Positions 19,686-29,188 of a stretch of 64,000 nucleotides of DNA are shown here, piece after piece (the first letter of the stretch is position 1; each line of letters opens with the position of its first letter). This DNA is from Minisyncoccota bacterium (GTDB lineage Bacteria; Patescibacteriota; Minisyncoccia; Phycocordibacterales; DATDWN01). The stretch lies in assembly GCA_041658985.1 (NCBI GenBank), contig JBAZZC010000001.1:1813-65812 (forward strand). The letters run 5' to 3'. The notes beneath the pieces are model-generated. The model saw nothing but the letters and a program-made list of their open reading frames with translations, made no database searches and was not told the origin of the DNA. The position numbers and the translations under genes are program-made.

Positions 19686-20528
19686 TTACTTCCTCTTGCC
19701 CACCTTCCTTCGTGAAACAATTAATCTGTTCGAGTATTTCTTTGGAGTTCTAGACTTCTGACCCTTTCCTGTTGGCTTACCATATACAGAGATTGCTCTC
19801 TTTCTCCCTCTACCTTGTCTGCCCTCTCCACCTCCGTATGGGTGGTCAACTGGGTTTTGAGCTGTACCACGAACTGTAGGACGAATACCAAGCCATCGTG
19901 AGCGACCAGCCTTTCCAAGGTTTGCTAACCTATTTTCATTATTTGAAACCTCACCAATACTTGCATAGGCAGTCTCCTTCACTTTTCGGACCTCAGATGA
20001 AGGCATCTTCAAGTCAACCATCCCAGCGTCTTTGGCTATAACTTCAATATAATTTCCGGCAGAACGAGCCAGTTTTGCTCCTCCTTGTGGCTTTACTTCA
20101 ACATTATATACAAATGTTCCAATAACTATGTTTTTTAAAGGAAGTCTATTACCAGGCTTTTGTTCAACATTCTCTCCAGTGACACAGATATCACCAACTT
20201 TTACTGATTTAGGAAGTAAAACATATCTCTTTTCACCGTCCTTGTATTGAGCCAAACCAATAAAACCAGCCCGGTTTGGGTCATATTCTACGGTTTTGAT
20301 TGTATAAGGAACGTCCATCTTGTCATATCTAAAATCAACCTCTCGAAAAAGTTTCTTATGACCACCACCTTTGTGACGAGTTGTAATCTTGCCGTGATGG
20401 TTTCTTCCAACTGACCGCTTAAAACCGCTTGTTAAAGATTTGAAAGGTTTACCGGTTGTCAAAAAATCACCGTAGGAAACAGTTGTGTGTTGGCGTTGGG
20501 ATTTAGATGTCGGCTTGTATGATTTCAT
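19686..20528 (-). CDS. rplB: 50S ribosomal protein L2
   Basis: EYDPNR, RPTVRG..NPVDHPYGGGEG. Confidence 0.97.
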   Translation of the reverse strand: MKSYKPTSKSQRQHTTVSYGDFLTTGKPFKSLTSGFKRSVGRNHHGKITTRHKGGGHKKLFREVDFRYDKMDVPYTIKTVEYDPNRAGFIGLAQYKDGEKRYVLLPKSVKVGDICVTGENVEQKPGNRLPLKNIVIGTFVYNVEVKPQGGAKLARSAGNYIEVIAKDAGMVDLKMPSSEVRKVKETAYASIGEVSNNENRLANLGKAGRSRWLGIRPTVRGTAQNPVDHPYGGGEGRQGRGRKRAISVYGKPTGKGQKSRTPKKYSNRLIVSRRKVGKRK

Positions 20529-20559
20529 AAATTTGAATTTTCTTTATAACTTTCAACTT

Positions 20560-20838
20560 TTAACTTTCTAACTTCTGGCCTTTGGCCAGGTATATGTAAG
20601 CCTTTTTGTATCCTGATTTTGTACCCCTCTTGCCTCGTACAACCACATTTTTTGCTGGTATTGTAACTGTGTTTATTCTGATTGGGGTTATTTTGTATTT
20701 TTCAACAAAAGCTTTCTTAACATCATTAGATGTTGACTTTGGGTCTACTTCGTAAACATAGACCGAAGATTCAGCAGACATCGTAGCCTTTTCTGTAACA
20801 TGAGGTCGTATTAAAATATGGTTTAGGTCTTTCTTCAT
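20560..20838 (-). CDS. rplW: 50S ribosomal protein L23
   Basis: PHVTEKA, KKAYIYL. Confidence 0.93.
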   Translation of the reverse strand: MKKDLNHILIRPHVTEKATMSAESSVYVYEVDPKSTSNDVKKAFVEKYKITPIRINTVTIPAKNVVVRGKRGTKSGYKKAYIYLAKGQKLES

Positions 20839-20843
20839 TTTAT

Positions 20844-21593
20844 TTACTTGCCCTGCGTAGCTTTACGCGAAGCGGGGGTTAATTTTTCAGTAATTTGTGG
20901 CAGACCTTTGTCTGGATTTGAAATAACGACATATTTGTATTTCATTAAATCAATTGGGTTTATATTGCGTATTTCATCAACAACTAAATTACCAAAATTT
21001 CTAAAACTTTTTTCTGTTGTTGTATCTTTCTCTGATAAAGCAATGTAGGCTGAATTTTTCTTTTTACTTAGTAAGTCCTTGTAACCATCTATTTTTGAGA
21101 GAGATGAGAGAACATTTTTTGCTTCGTTTGTTTTTATGGCTCGCATTCCTAAATCATCAACAAACAAAACCTGACCGTCTCTATATTTTGCAGAAAGTAT
21201 CATATATAGGGCCTTTGCTTTCATTTTCTTGTTTACTTTTTTATCAAAAATTTTGTCATTTCTTGGCCCATGAGTCACGCCTCCACCAACCCATATAGGT
21301 GAACGAGTTGAGCCGTGCCTTGCGCGACCAGTTCCTTTTTGTTGCCACGGCTTCTTGCCTCCTCCCCTAACATCTCCCCGATTTTTTGTGTGGGCTACAT
21401 TAGTTCTTGCACTTGATTCCATAGAAACAACAACTTGGTGAACCAAGTCAGCATTCCAAGGTAAAGCAAAAACTGATTCTGGTAGAGAAATCTTTCCAGC
21501 TTCTTTACCCTTCTGATTATAAACAGTAGCTTCCAAAGCAACAGGTGTGTCTGTTTTTATTTTAGTTTTTTTTGTTGTTTTAGATGTTTCCAT
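20844..21593 (-). CDS. rplD: 50S ribosomal protein L4
   Basis: GGGKKPWQQKGTGRARHGS. Confidence 0.96.
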   Translation of the reverse strand: METSKTTKKTKIKTDTPVALEATVYNQKGKEAGKISLPESVFALPWNADLVHQVVVSMESSARTNVAHTKNRGDVRGGGKKPWQQKGTGRARHGSTRSPIWVGGGVTHGPRNDKIFDKKVNKKMKAKALYMILSAKYRDGQVLFVDDLGMRAIKTNEAKNVLSSLSKIDGYKDLLSKKKNSAYIALSEKDTTTEKSFRNFGNLVVDEIRNINPIDLMKYKYVVISNPDKGLPQITEKLTPASRKATQGK

Positions 21594-21631
21594 GATTTTT
21601 CTTTATAGACTTTACAAACTTTATGGACTTT

Positions 21632-22246
21632 TTACTTTCCTATTACTTCTACTAGTGTTCCTCTGCGACCAGCGACTGTTCCTCGTATAAAAATTTCTCC
21701 AGTTTCTGGTTTTACACTAACAATTGTTAAATTCTTAGTTGTGATTCTGTCTCCACCCGTTCTGCCGGCCATTCTTTTGCCCTTTGCTACACGACCACCA
21801 TCACGACCAGCACCACCGATAGAACCCGGCTCTCTTTCTGAATGTTTTTGCCCGTGTGAACGAGGACCTCCGTGGAATCCATGTCTTTTCACCACACCCT
21901 GAAAACCTTTTCCTTTTGATATGCTAGAAATGATAACCTCGTCCCCCTCTACAAATGTTGAGAGGTCAATTGTGTCTCCGACTTTCATTGCTGGGTCGCC
22001 GTCTGTTGTAAACTCTCGCAAATATCTAAAATTGCCACTTCCCATGTGGCCTTTTTCTGGTTTATTAATATTTTTTTCCGCTTTTTCGCCAAAACCAACT
22101 TGGATAGCATTATAACCATCTGTGGCAACAGTTTTAATTTGTGTGACAACCATTGGACCTGCTTTCAAAACAGTCACTGGATGTACCAGACCCTTATCAT
22201 CAAAAATTTGGGTCATATTGATTTTTGTTCCCAATATGAACTTCAT
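21632..22246 (-). CDS. rplC: 50S ribosomal protein L3
   Basis: SKGKGFQGVVKRHGF, KGKRMAG. Confidence 0.96.
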   Translation of the reverse strand: MKFILGTKINMTQIFDDKGLVHPVTVLKAGPMVVTQIKTVATDGYNAIQVGFGEKAEKNINKPEKGHMGSGNFRYLREFTTDGDPAMKVGDTIDLSTFVEGDEVIISSISKGKGFQGVVKRHGFHGGPRSHGQKHSEREPGSIGGAGRDGGRVAKGKRMAGRTGGDRITTKNLTIVSVKPETGEIFIRGTVAGRRGTLVEVIGK

Positions 22247-22470
22247 ATTTTTATTTTATATTTGGAGACGTTTTGCGGACAGTAATGAGAAAAGGTTTTC
22301 CTCAACATTGCCCTTCGCTAGCCCCCATGAAAAAGTCGCTTAAAGCGATTTGGCTATGGTAACAGATATCAATTTTTTAATCAAGTCGCTCTGGCCTTTT
22401 TGTTTAATATTTTATACAGAAAGGACCTCACGACGAGCGGGGGCCGAGAGGCCCTTCCTTTGTCGTGAGG

Positions 22471-22713
22471 TCACTGGTTGTCGAACTCCGTCGACTCGCG
22501 ACCCAAACCAAGTTGAACAGTCTCGGCGCAGGCCGACAACCTCTCAACCTGGAATCCAGTGTCAATCAACACTAAGATCTTGGTGATTTCAGCTGCCGGA
22601 ACACCTGTTCTCTCAGCGAATCCGTCAATATCCTTCGTGACGGCTTGCATGAGACCAGGGGTCTGCCGAAACAATTGCTTCAGCAGTTTGTAGCTTACTA
22701 TAGTTGAGTCCAT
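22471..22713 (-). CDS. GC-rich orphan small protein
   Basis: GGAGGGAG SD before MDSTIV; 3' hairpin shared with neighbouring cassette. Confidence 0.55.
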   Translation of the reverse strand: MDSTIVSYKLLKQLFRQTPGLMQAVTKDIDGFAERTGVPAAEITKILVLIDTGFQVERLSACAETVQLGLGRESTEFDNQ

Positions 22714-22879
22714 CGATATCTCCCTCCAAAACAAATGGTATCCCAAATTATATAAATGTCAACGTAAACAAAAAACCGCTAAGATTAAGGGTGACTTATT
22801 ATACAGAAAAGACCTCGCGACAGACGAGAGGCGCAAGGCCCTTCCGTTGTGCGAGGTCGTGTGTCAGCGAGTGGAGAAG

Positions 22880-23344
22880 CTACTTCTGCAACACTCCAGC
22901 GACATAAACTCTCGGGGGTGGCCAGCCACCCTTTGTACATCGTGTGATGATTAGCTTGTCGAAGTGCCCACCATTCGGGCCATCAACAAACTCCACCCAC
23001 CCCTGGCAGAACATGGCTGTTGTCGGTTCGTACAACTGCACCTTCGCCCCTGACTTGGAAAGGTCGGCGAAGGCATTGAGTCTGAAATCGTCCTTGTCGA
23101 CTTCACTTCCTTGCCGGTGAGGAATCGCCTTATTCAGACGATCCCTCAGCTCGTTCTCGACCCTCGTCACCTCAGCGCGACGCTGGTTTTGCCGCTCGAT
23201 GGCCCCCTTTTTCAAATGAGACAACGACATGGTCCCGACCAACAGCAAAATACCCACAATCACGTAGGAGAGAAACGTACACGAAGCTTTTCCGAACATA
23301 CCCCCTCCAATCCAGATGGTCAGTACTTGACCATACCCTTTCAT
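22880..23344 (-). CDS. GC-rich orphan protein with N-terminal TM segment
   Basis: 154-aa ORF (start uncertain); 3' hairpin homologous to 22412-22472. Confidence 0.6.
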   Translation of the reverse strand: MKGYGQVLTIWIGGGMFGKASCTFLSYVIVGILLLVGTMSLSHLKKGAIERQNQRRAEVTRVENELRDRLNKAIPHRQGSEVDKDDFRLNAFADLSKSGAKVQLYEPTTAMFCQGWVEFVDGPNGGHFDKLIITRCTKGGWPPPRVYVAGVLQK

Positions 23345-23437
23345 ATTATATCACCCTTTGTAATTAATGTCAATAATACAAAATAGCCCTAGTTAGGGCA
23401 ATTTTGTTGAATTTATATTGTTTGAAATCATCCCAGC

Positions 23438-23842
23438 CTACATAATCTTTACATCGATGTTGACTCCCGAGGGTAAACTCATGTTAGTAAGTGCCTCCAT
23501 AATCTTTGGTGTGGGATTGAGAATATCTATAAGTCTCTTGTGCACTCTCATTTCAAACTGCTCTCTAGCATTTTTGTAAACGAAAGATGAACGATTGACT
23601 GTGTACTTCTTGATCTCTGTAGGAAGTGGAACTGGCCCTTCTATTTTTGCGTCATAGCGAAGAGCTGTATCTATAATTTGTTTTACTGACAGGTCAAGTA
23701 TTTTGTATTCGTAAGCTCTAACTCTGATTCGCAACTTAGAAATTACATCAGCCTTGGCAGGAATCTTGACTGCAGTTTTTTTAACTGCGGGTTTTTTTGC
23801 AACTTTTTCTACCATCTCTTTTTTTGTTGTTTTTGTAACCAT
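23438..23842 (-). CDS. rpsJ: 30S ribosomal protein S10
   Basis: GPVPLPT, REQFEMRVHKRLIDI; start adjusted. Confidence 0.96.
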   Translation of the reverse strand: MVTKTTKKEMVEKVAKKPAVKKTAVKIPAKADVISKLRIRVRAYEYKILDLSVKQIIDTALRYDAKIEGPVPLPTEIKKYTVNRSSFVYKNAREQFEMRVHKRLIDILNPTPKIMEALTNMSLPSGVNIDVKIM

Positions 23843-23881
23843 TTTTTGTTTATTTAAGTACTTTTGAGGATAGTACATCTA

Positions 23882-24006
23882 AGAAATTTCATAATCTGGA
23901 TGCAGTTCTAGGCGGAAAGTGAAAAAGAATTCGAGCCTGCCTGAGTGCGCAGGTGAGAATAATTTTTTGCTTTCCAACAACGAAATGCGCCAGATTTGGA
24001 ATTTCT
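23882..24006. repeat. Family B element, copy 4 (abuts tuf stop)
   Basis: AGAAATTTCATAATCTGG ... GAGCCTGC-CTGAGTGC-GCAGGTGA ... CCAGATTTGGAATTTCT. Confidence 0.9.
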
Positions 24007-24007
24007 G

Positions 24008-25204
24008 TTAAGCCGTAATCGAGGTTACAACACCAGCACCCACAGTCTTCCCCCCCTCCCTAATAGCAAACCTCTGGTTCTGCTCTAGGGCAACTGGAGC
24101 AACTAATTTAATCTTGAATGTAACCGTATCTCCTGGCATGACCATTTCCACACCTTCATTTAGAGTTACATCTCCAGTAACATCTGTCGTTCTGATGTAA
24201 AACTGTGGTTTGTAACCAGAGAAGAATGGTGTGTGTCGTCCACCTTCCTCTTTCTTTAGAACATAAACTTCAGCTGTAAATTCTGTATGAGGAGTAACAG
24301 TACCTGGTTTTGCAAGAACTTGACCTCGATGAATTTCTTCTTTCTTTGCACCTCGAAGTAAGATTCCAGCATTATCCCCTGCAATACCCTCTTTAAGTGA
24401 TTTGTTGAACATTTCGATACCTGTAACTGTATATTTCTGTGTATCTTTCAAGCCAATACATTCAATTTCTTCACCAACTTTAACAACCCCCCTTTCAATT
24501 CTTCCAGTAACCACCGTTCCTCGGCCCTCAATTGAGAAAATATCTTCAACTGGCATAAGAAATGGTTTTTCTAGGTCTCTTTGTGGAATTGGGAAATATG
24601 TATCTAGGGCATTAGCTAATTCTAATATCTTCATTGCCCATTCGTCTGTATTGTCCTTTGATTCAAGAGCTTTAAGGCCAGAACCCCTAATAACAGGAGC
24701 ACCCGCACCATCAAAACCCTGTTTTGTAAGGAGTTCTCGAACTTCCTCCTCAACTAAATCAATAAGTTCCTTGTCAGGCACCATATCGCATTTATTTAGG
24801 AAAACAATAAGCTTCGGCACACCGACTTGTTTTGCCAAAAGCACGTGCTCTCTTGTTTGAGGCATCACGCCATCTGTTGCAGCAACTACCAATATCGCGC
24901 CATCCATTTGGGCGGCACCGGTAATCATGTTTTTAATATAGTCAGCGTGTCCAGGAGCATCCACGTGTGCATAGTGTCTCTGTGGTGTTTCGTATTCTGA
25001 GTGGTGAAGAGCAATGGTTATTCCTCTTGCTTTTTCTTCAGGAGCACTATCAATTTTGTCCACTCCTTCAACTCTAGCTGAATATCCTGCGCCTGCGCGA
25101 GAAAGCACAGCAAGAATTGCTGCTGTTAATGTTGTCTTCCCGTGGTCAACGTGGCCAACTGTACCGACGTTTACATGGGGCTTTGATCTATCAAAATCTG
25201 CCAT
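24008..25204 (-). CDS. tuf: Elongation factor Tu
   Basis: [21 protein letters not shown]; start adjusted to MADFDRSK. Confidence 0.98.
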   Translation of the reverse strand: MADFDRSKPHVNVGTVGHVDHGKTTLTAAILAVLSRAGAGYSARVEGVDKIDSAPEEKARGITIALHHSEYETPQRHYAHVDAPGHADYIKNMITGAAQMDGAILVVAATDGVMPQTREHVLLAKQVGVPKLIVFLNKCDMVPDKELIDLVEEEVRELLTKQGFDGAGAPVIRGSGLKALESKDNTDEWAMKILELANALDTYFPIPQRDLEKPFLMPVEDIFSIEGRGTVVTGRIERGVVKVGEEIECIGLKDTQKYTVTGIEMFNKSLKEGIAGDNAGILLRGAKKEEIHRGQVLAKPGTVTPHTEFTAEVYVLKKEEGGRHTPFFSGYKPQFYIRTTDVTGDVTLNEGVEMVMPGDTVTFKIKLVAPVALEQNQRFAIREGGKTVGAGVVTSITA

Positions 25205-25225
25205 TGTATTTATGTGTGTTATCTC

Positions 25226-25349
25226 ACAGCGCTTCCAAATTTGGCGAACTTCTGCGTTGGACTTGTAAAATGTTCGTCGTCGTATGTCTATACGCCTCCT
25301 CACCTTTTACTTCGTCCGCCTTGAATTTCATCCAAATTTTAAAGCGTGT
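25226..25349. repeat. Family B element, copy 5 (opposite orientation, upstream of tuf)
   Basis: Reverse complement reads AAATTTGGATGAAATTCAAGGCGGAC ... GTCCAACGCAGAAGTTCGCCAAATTTGGAAG. Confidence 0.85.
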
Positions 25350-25493
25350 AATTAAACAAAGATTAAAACTAATAATGTTTTAGAAATTCCAACAACTCAA
25401 TGTTCGAGAAATCTGAATTCTGGGAACTTCCAAAAATGGTCGCGTGAAGCGACACTGAGTATACTAGTCAAAATAACAAAAATAGTCAAGTTA

Positions 25494-25796
25494 TTAAGCC
25501 GGTATCAGTAAATCCCTTTTAAGATTTTGGCGTTCTTCTGACACAAGTTGTCCAAATGTTGGGATTTTTGATTGTAAAAAGACCAAAACATCTTGTGGAG
25601 TAGTGGCATCTTCGTCTAAAAGTAAATCAAATTCGGTCTGTTCTTTTTCAGAGAGAATATCAAGAGCTCTTACTAGAAGAGCTTGATATATCATCTTTCC
25701 GACACGGTCAGCTATTTCAACCTGTTTTTCAGAAGTCAATGATTCAAGTCCCCACTCTTTTATTATATCTTTTGATAATGTATCGTCTGTTGTCAT
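25494..25796 (-). CDS. Small acidic helical hypothetical protein (DUF5663-like)
   Basis: LSEKEQTEFD..FLQSKIP pattern. Confidence 0.65.
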   Translation of the reverse strand: MTTDDTLSKDIIKEWGLESLTSEKQVEIADRVGKMIYQALLVRALDILSEKEQTEFDLLLDEDATTPQDVLVFLQSKIPTFGQLVSEERQNLKRDLLIPA

Positions 25797-25858
25797 TAAT
25801 TTAATTATATCCTTTATTTATTTGCTCTGCATCCACAGATGGTCACCAAATGTTCATA

Positions 25859-28800
25859 TTATTTTTTAACAAACTCAAAACTTTTAATAACATCTTTTAA
25901 CTCCTTAAATTTGAGTGCTTTTTCATAAGGGGTCTCAACGAGAAATCCGAATAATCCGCCTTTCAAATTGCTATCTAATTTTATATTTGAACCATTTTCT
26001 GTTATCCACCCTTTAGCAATTTCTTTACCGTTGAGTAAAACCCTAACTATGTTTGGGTCTTCCTCTACACCATGAAGCACAGATAATCTTCCACCATCAA
26101 AAACCACACCTTTCATTTCTTTATAACCACTAAACCATTCGTTTTTGTCAAATGCTTCAAGAAATGCCTCACGAATACTTCTGTTTTCTATGCCATTCTG
26201 AAATTTATCATCTAAGACTAATATTTTTCCACTACCAAATGGCCGTTCCTGGGCAATTTTTAAACCTTCAATTTCCATAGTTTTAACACCATTCCTGTCT
26301 AATATATCGACAAAAGTCTCTTTAAATGGAACACGTATTTGGGAAACTTCCACAGCTGATGGAGTTGTTTTTTTAACAGCAAAGACATCTCTTGATTCAA
26401 GTGGTTGCACTACTGGAATCACTTCTGGTTCAGGAGGCATTTCAACCTTAGTGATTTCTGCTTCTGAAACATCTGGCACATCTGGCACATCTGATGTTGC
26501 TTTTGGCATAACCGCTTGTGACTCATTAACTTTTGGTGTAAACATCTCTCCGCCAGTTTCTTCAAAGGTTACTACCTTTCCGGTTTTTGTATCAACCATG
26601 TCAATTGATTTTCCCCCACGCTCATAAACCAAGTGTCCATGATTATCAACACCAAGGTGTTCACCCTTAAACATCATTGCACTATCACCGCCAGTGTCGC
26701 CCGGCTTATAGAAACCATACTCTTTTGCAATTTCAACAGATGGTTTGTCCATAAAATTGGTTTTGATTTCTTGTGGAATGTGGTCGCCATATTTTCTTAT
26801 AACCGCCGCTTTCAAATCAAGAATTGTTTGCCAACCTCCTTGGGAAGACGCCTCAACCCTCACTTGAGATACGTCTACAACTTTTGGACCTTCTGGTATT
26901 TGTGGTTTTGGAACAGCTGGCGTCTCTGGCGGTACCACTTTTGCAGATACGGGCGAAACGACAGCTTTTGGTCTGGCTATGCCGTCAAAAGATTTTGTGC
27001 CTTCAACTCTTGGCCTATCCATTATTTGACTCCCACCTAAACCCCCACCAGTACTGGCTAATAAAGGGGTTTCTAAAAGAGACTGAGTCAAACCAGCCAA
27101 GATACCAGTTCCTGCCCCCGCACCAACCATTATCATAGCTTTTTTAACCCTTTGTCCTTTCATTCTTCTTTTTTCTAATTCACGGGCCTCCATATATTTT
27201 TTTTCCTTTTGTTCAGATGTTACTGATGGGTCTCTGGAAATATAGGTTGCTTCATATTCTTTTCTTATTTCTTCATTTTCTCTTTCTGTTTTTTTGCCAT
27301 ACCGCTTACCAAAATATGTAGAACCTAGAGCCCCAGCGGCACCACGGACTATACGTGTCCCAGCAATTGATGCGCCAAAGGCAAGACCCCCAGCCACACC
27401 AGCACCAGTACCGATGAGTATTGGAACAAAAGCCAGACGAGCTGTTATCGGTACCTTTGACCACACTTTTAAGGCCCTACTCGCTCTTTCTTTTACCCAT
27501 TCTGTTCTCTCGTTTTTTGGTAATGATTCCCTGATTTGTTCCTGTAATATGTTCCATTCTGCGTCAGCATTTTCTAAACGTCTTGATAATTTTTCAAATT
27601 CATCCCCTATTGATTCAGTATCTTTTTCCACCTTCGTTATTTTTGCCTCTATATAAGCATCCAAAGTTTGACCTATTCTTTCTTTTGCCTCTAATTCCAA
27701 CCTTCTTGCATTTTCCACTGCGTCACTCATTGATATCCTGTCACTAGAAACTAGATTTCCCAAAAGACCAATAAATTTTTGTGTGTTTGATTTTCTCTTA
27801 TCATAATCAGCCATAGCCCTTATATATTCCAAACGAGCTTGTTCTAATACTTTTTCAGGATTTTGCTCGAGTACCCCTGAATCTAAAACTACAGAAACCC
27901 CTTCTTCGGATTCACCAAGAATACTAAGTATTTCTTTGTGTTCTTCTTCAGTAAAAGCAAGTCCTGGTCGAGAATAATCAAATAGGATTTTCAAGACTTC
28001 TTGTTTTGTAATTCCACCCTGTTTTAAGGTATCAAGAACAAGTTTAGCTCCTATATCTACTTTATTTAAACCTTCTATATATAAAATTAGTTTTTCTGGA
28101 ACGACAAACACTTTCTCACCTGTCATATTTTCATCCAAGATAATTTCGTGTCTAAGTAGTTCCGCAACTAATTTACGCAAACCCCTTGCTCTTGGTACAT
28201 TTACAATATTTTGCAATGGATTTTCGCTTTTTCTGATTTCTTCTATTGCTTTTATTAAGCCGTCCGGAGAATAACTAATACCACTATCTTTATATACACC
28301 AAGATGACCCAGCTTCTCATATAAATCCTTAAAATCACTAGCTACAACATCTGGACCCCCTTCAGCTTCAATAAGATTTTTAACATCATCCGTCCTTTCT
28401 ATGATAGGTTCAGGTTTTTCTAAATAACTTAAAACCATTGCGTACTGTTCTGGAGAGATATTACCAATATCACGAGCTTCATTTAAAATTTCTCTGACTC
28501 TCTCTTTTGAATTAGCATATTCCAGTTCCCATTGATAACGCCTGAAAGATTTAGCAGTCACGGGGTCACTCTCCGAGGCAACTAATCTAGTAAAAAACTC
28601 TAAAACACGTGAATCTACTCTAAAACTTTCTTTGGGCTCCGTTTCAATTTTTTCTGGAACAATGGGTGGCAACAGTGCATTAGAAATTTCTGGTTCTGGT
28701 GCTAAATCAGTTGGTCTTTGTTTTAAAACGTCAGCAAGGTCGTGCACCCCAGAAGGAACCTGTGGTTCTTCTTCTCGTTGCATATCATTTCTAGCTAAAA

Positions 28801-28882
28801 TATCCAGAGGAGCTTTTCTTGGTGGGGTTAGACTAGAATCTAAATCCGTAGCTGGTTTTGTTTGATCAATAACACCATTCAT
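25859..28882 (-). CDS. Large hypothetical protein (~1000 aa) with coiled-coil and Gly/Ala-rich TM segments
   Basis: Uninterrupted ORF between fusA and tuf; no family recognised. Confidence 0.8.
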   Translation of the reverse strand: MNGVIDQTKPATDLDSSLTPPRKAPLDILARNDMQREEEPQVPSGVHDLADVLKQRPTDLAPEPEISNALLPPIVPEKIETEPKESFRVDSRVLEFFTRLVASESDPVTAKSFRRYQWELEYANSKERVREILNEARDIGNISPEQYAMVLSYLEKPEPIIERTDDVKNLIEAEGGPDVVASDFKDLYEKLGHLGVYKDSGISYSPDGLIKAIEEIRKSENPLQNIVNVPRARGLRKLVAELLRHEIILDENMTGEKVFVVPEKLILYIEGLNKVDIGAKLVLDTLKQGGITKQEVLKILFDYSRPGLAFTEEEHKEILSILGESEEGVSVVLDSGVLEQNPEKVLEQARLEYIRAMADYDKRKSNTQKFIGLLGNLVSSDRISMSDAVENARRLELEAKERIGQTLDAYIEAKITKVEKDTESIGDEFEKLSRRLENADAEWNILQEQIRESLPKNERTEWVKERASRALKVWSKVPITARLAFVPILIGTGAGVAGGLAFGASIAGTRIVRGAAGALGSTYFGKRYGKKTERENEEIRKEYEATYISRDPSVTSEQKEKKYMEARELEKRRMKGQRVKKAMIMVGAGAGTGILAGLTQSLLETPLLASTGGGLGGSQIMDRPRVEGTKSFDGIARPKAVVSPVSAKVVPPETPAVPKPQIPEGPKVVDVSQVRVEASSQGGWQTILDLKAAVIRKYGDHIPQEIKTNFMDKPSVEIAKEYGFYKPGDTGGDSAMMFKGEHLGVDNHGHLVYERGGKSIDMVDTKTGKVVTFEETGGEMFTPKVNESQAVMPKATSDVPDVPDVSEAEITKVEMPPEPEVIPVVQPLESRDVFAVKKTTPSAVEVSQIRVPFKETFVDILDRNGVKTMEIEGLKIAQERPFGSGKILVLDDKFQNGIENRSIREAFLEAFDKNEWFSGYKEMKGVVFDGGRLSVLHGVEEDPNIVRVLLNGKEIAKGWITENGSNIKLDSNLKGGLFGFLVETPYEKALKFKELKDVIKSFEFVKK

Positions 28883-29070
28883 GTGTGTATTGTATCCCGT
28901 TAGAGTTTTACAATCAACTAAAAATTTCAATTACTACGCTACTCATCCTGCATAATTTTACTTTATACAAAAAATGTAAAACTCTAACGGGACAGGTCGT
29001 TTTTACAACGTTGATGCAATGAAAAAACTCACTAAGAAGTGAGAATTTTCTGTATTAATAGAATAAAGAA

Positions 29071-29188
29071 TCCTGGAGGATTTTTTTTCGAGTTCAAGGC
29101 GAAATGAAAAAATGCGAGGAGCCTTACTGTCGTAAGGTGACGAGGATTTTTGAAATTTCAACGCAGAAATCGGACAAAAAGACCCAGG
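29071..29188. repeat. Family B element, copy 6 (abuts fusA stop)
   Basis: CCTGG ... GAGCCTTAC-TGTC-GTAAGGTGA ... AACGCAGAA ... CCAGG. Confidence 0.85.

Noticed and set aside
25204-25303. N-terminal extensions on tuf (also rplF, rplE, rnhA, sod and the 19104 ORF)
   Set aside because: They are read-through into upstream repeat elements; conserved proteins start at downstream ATGs.
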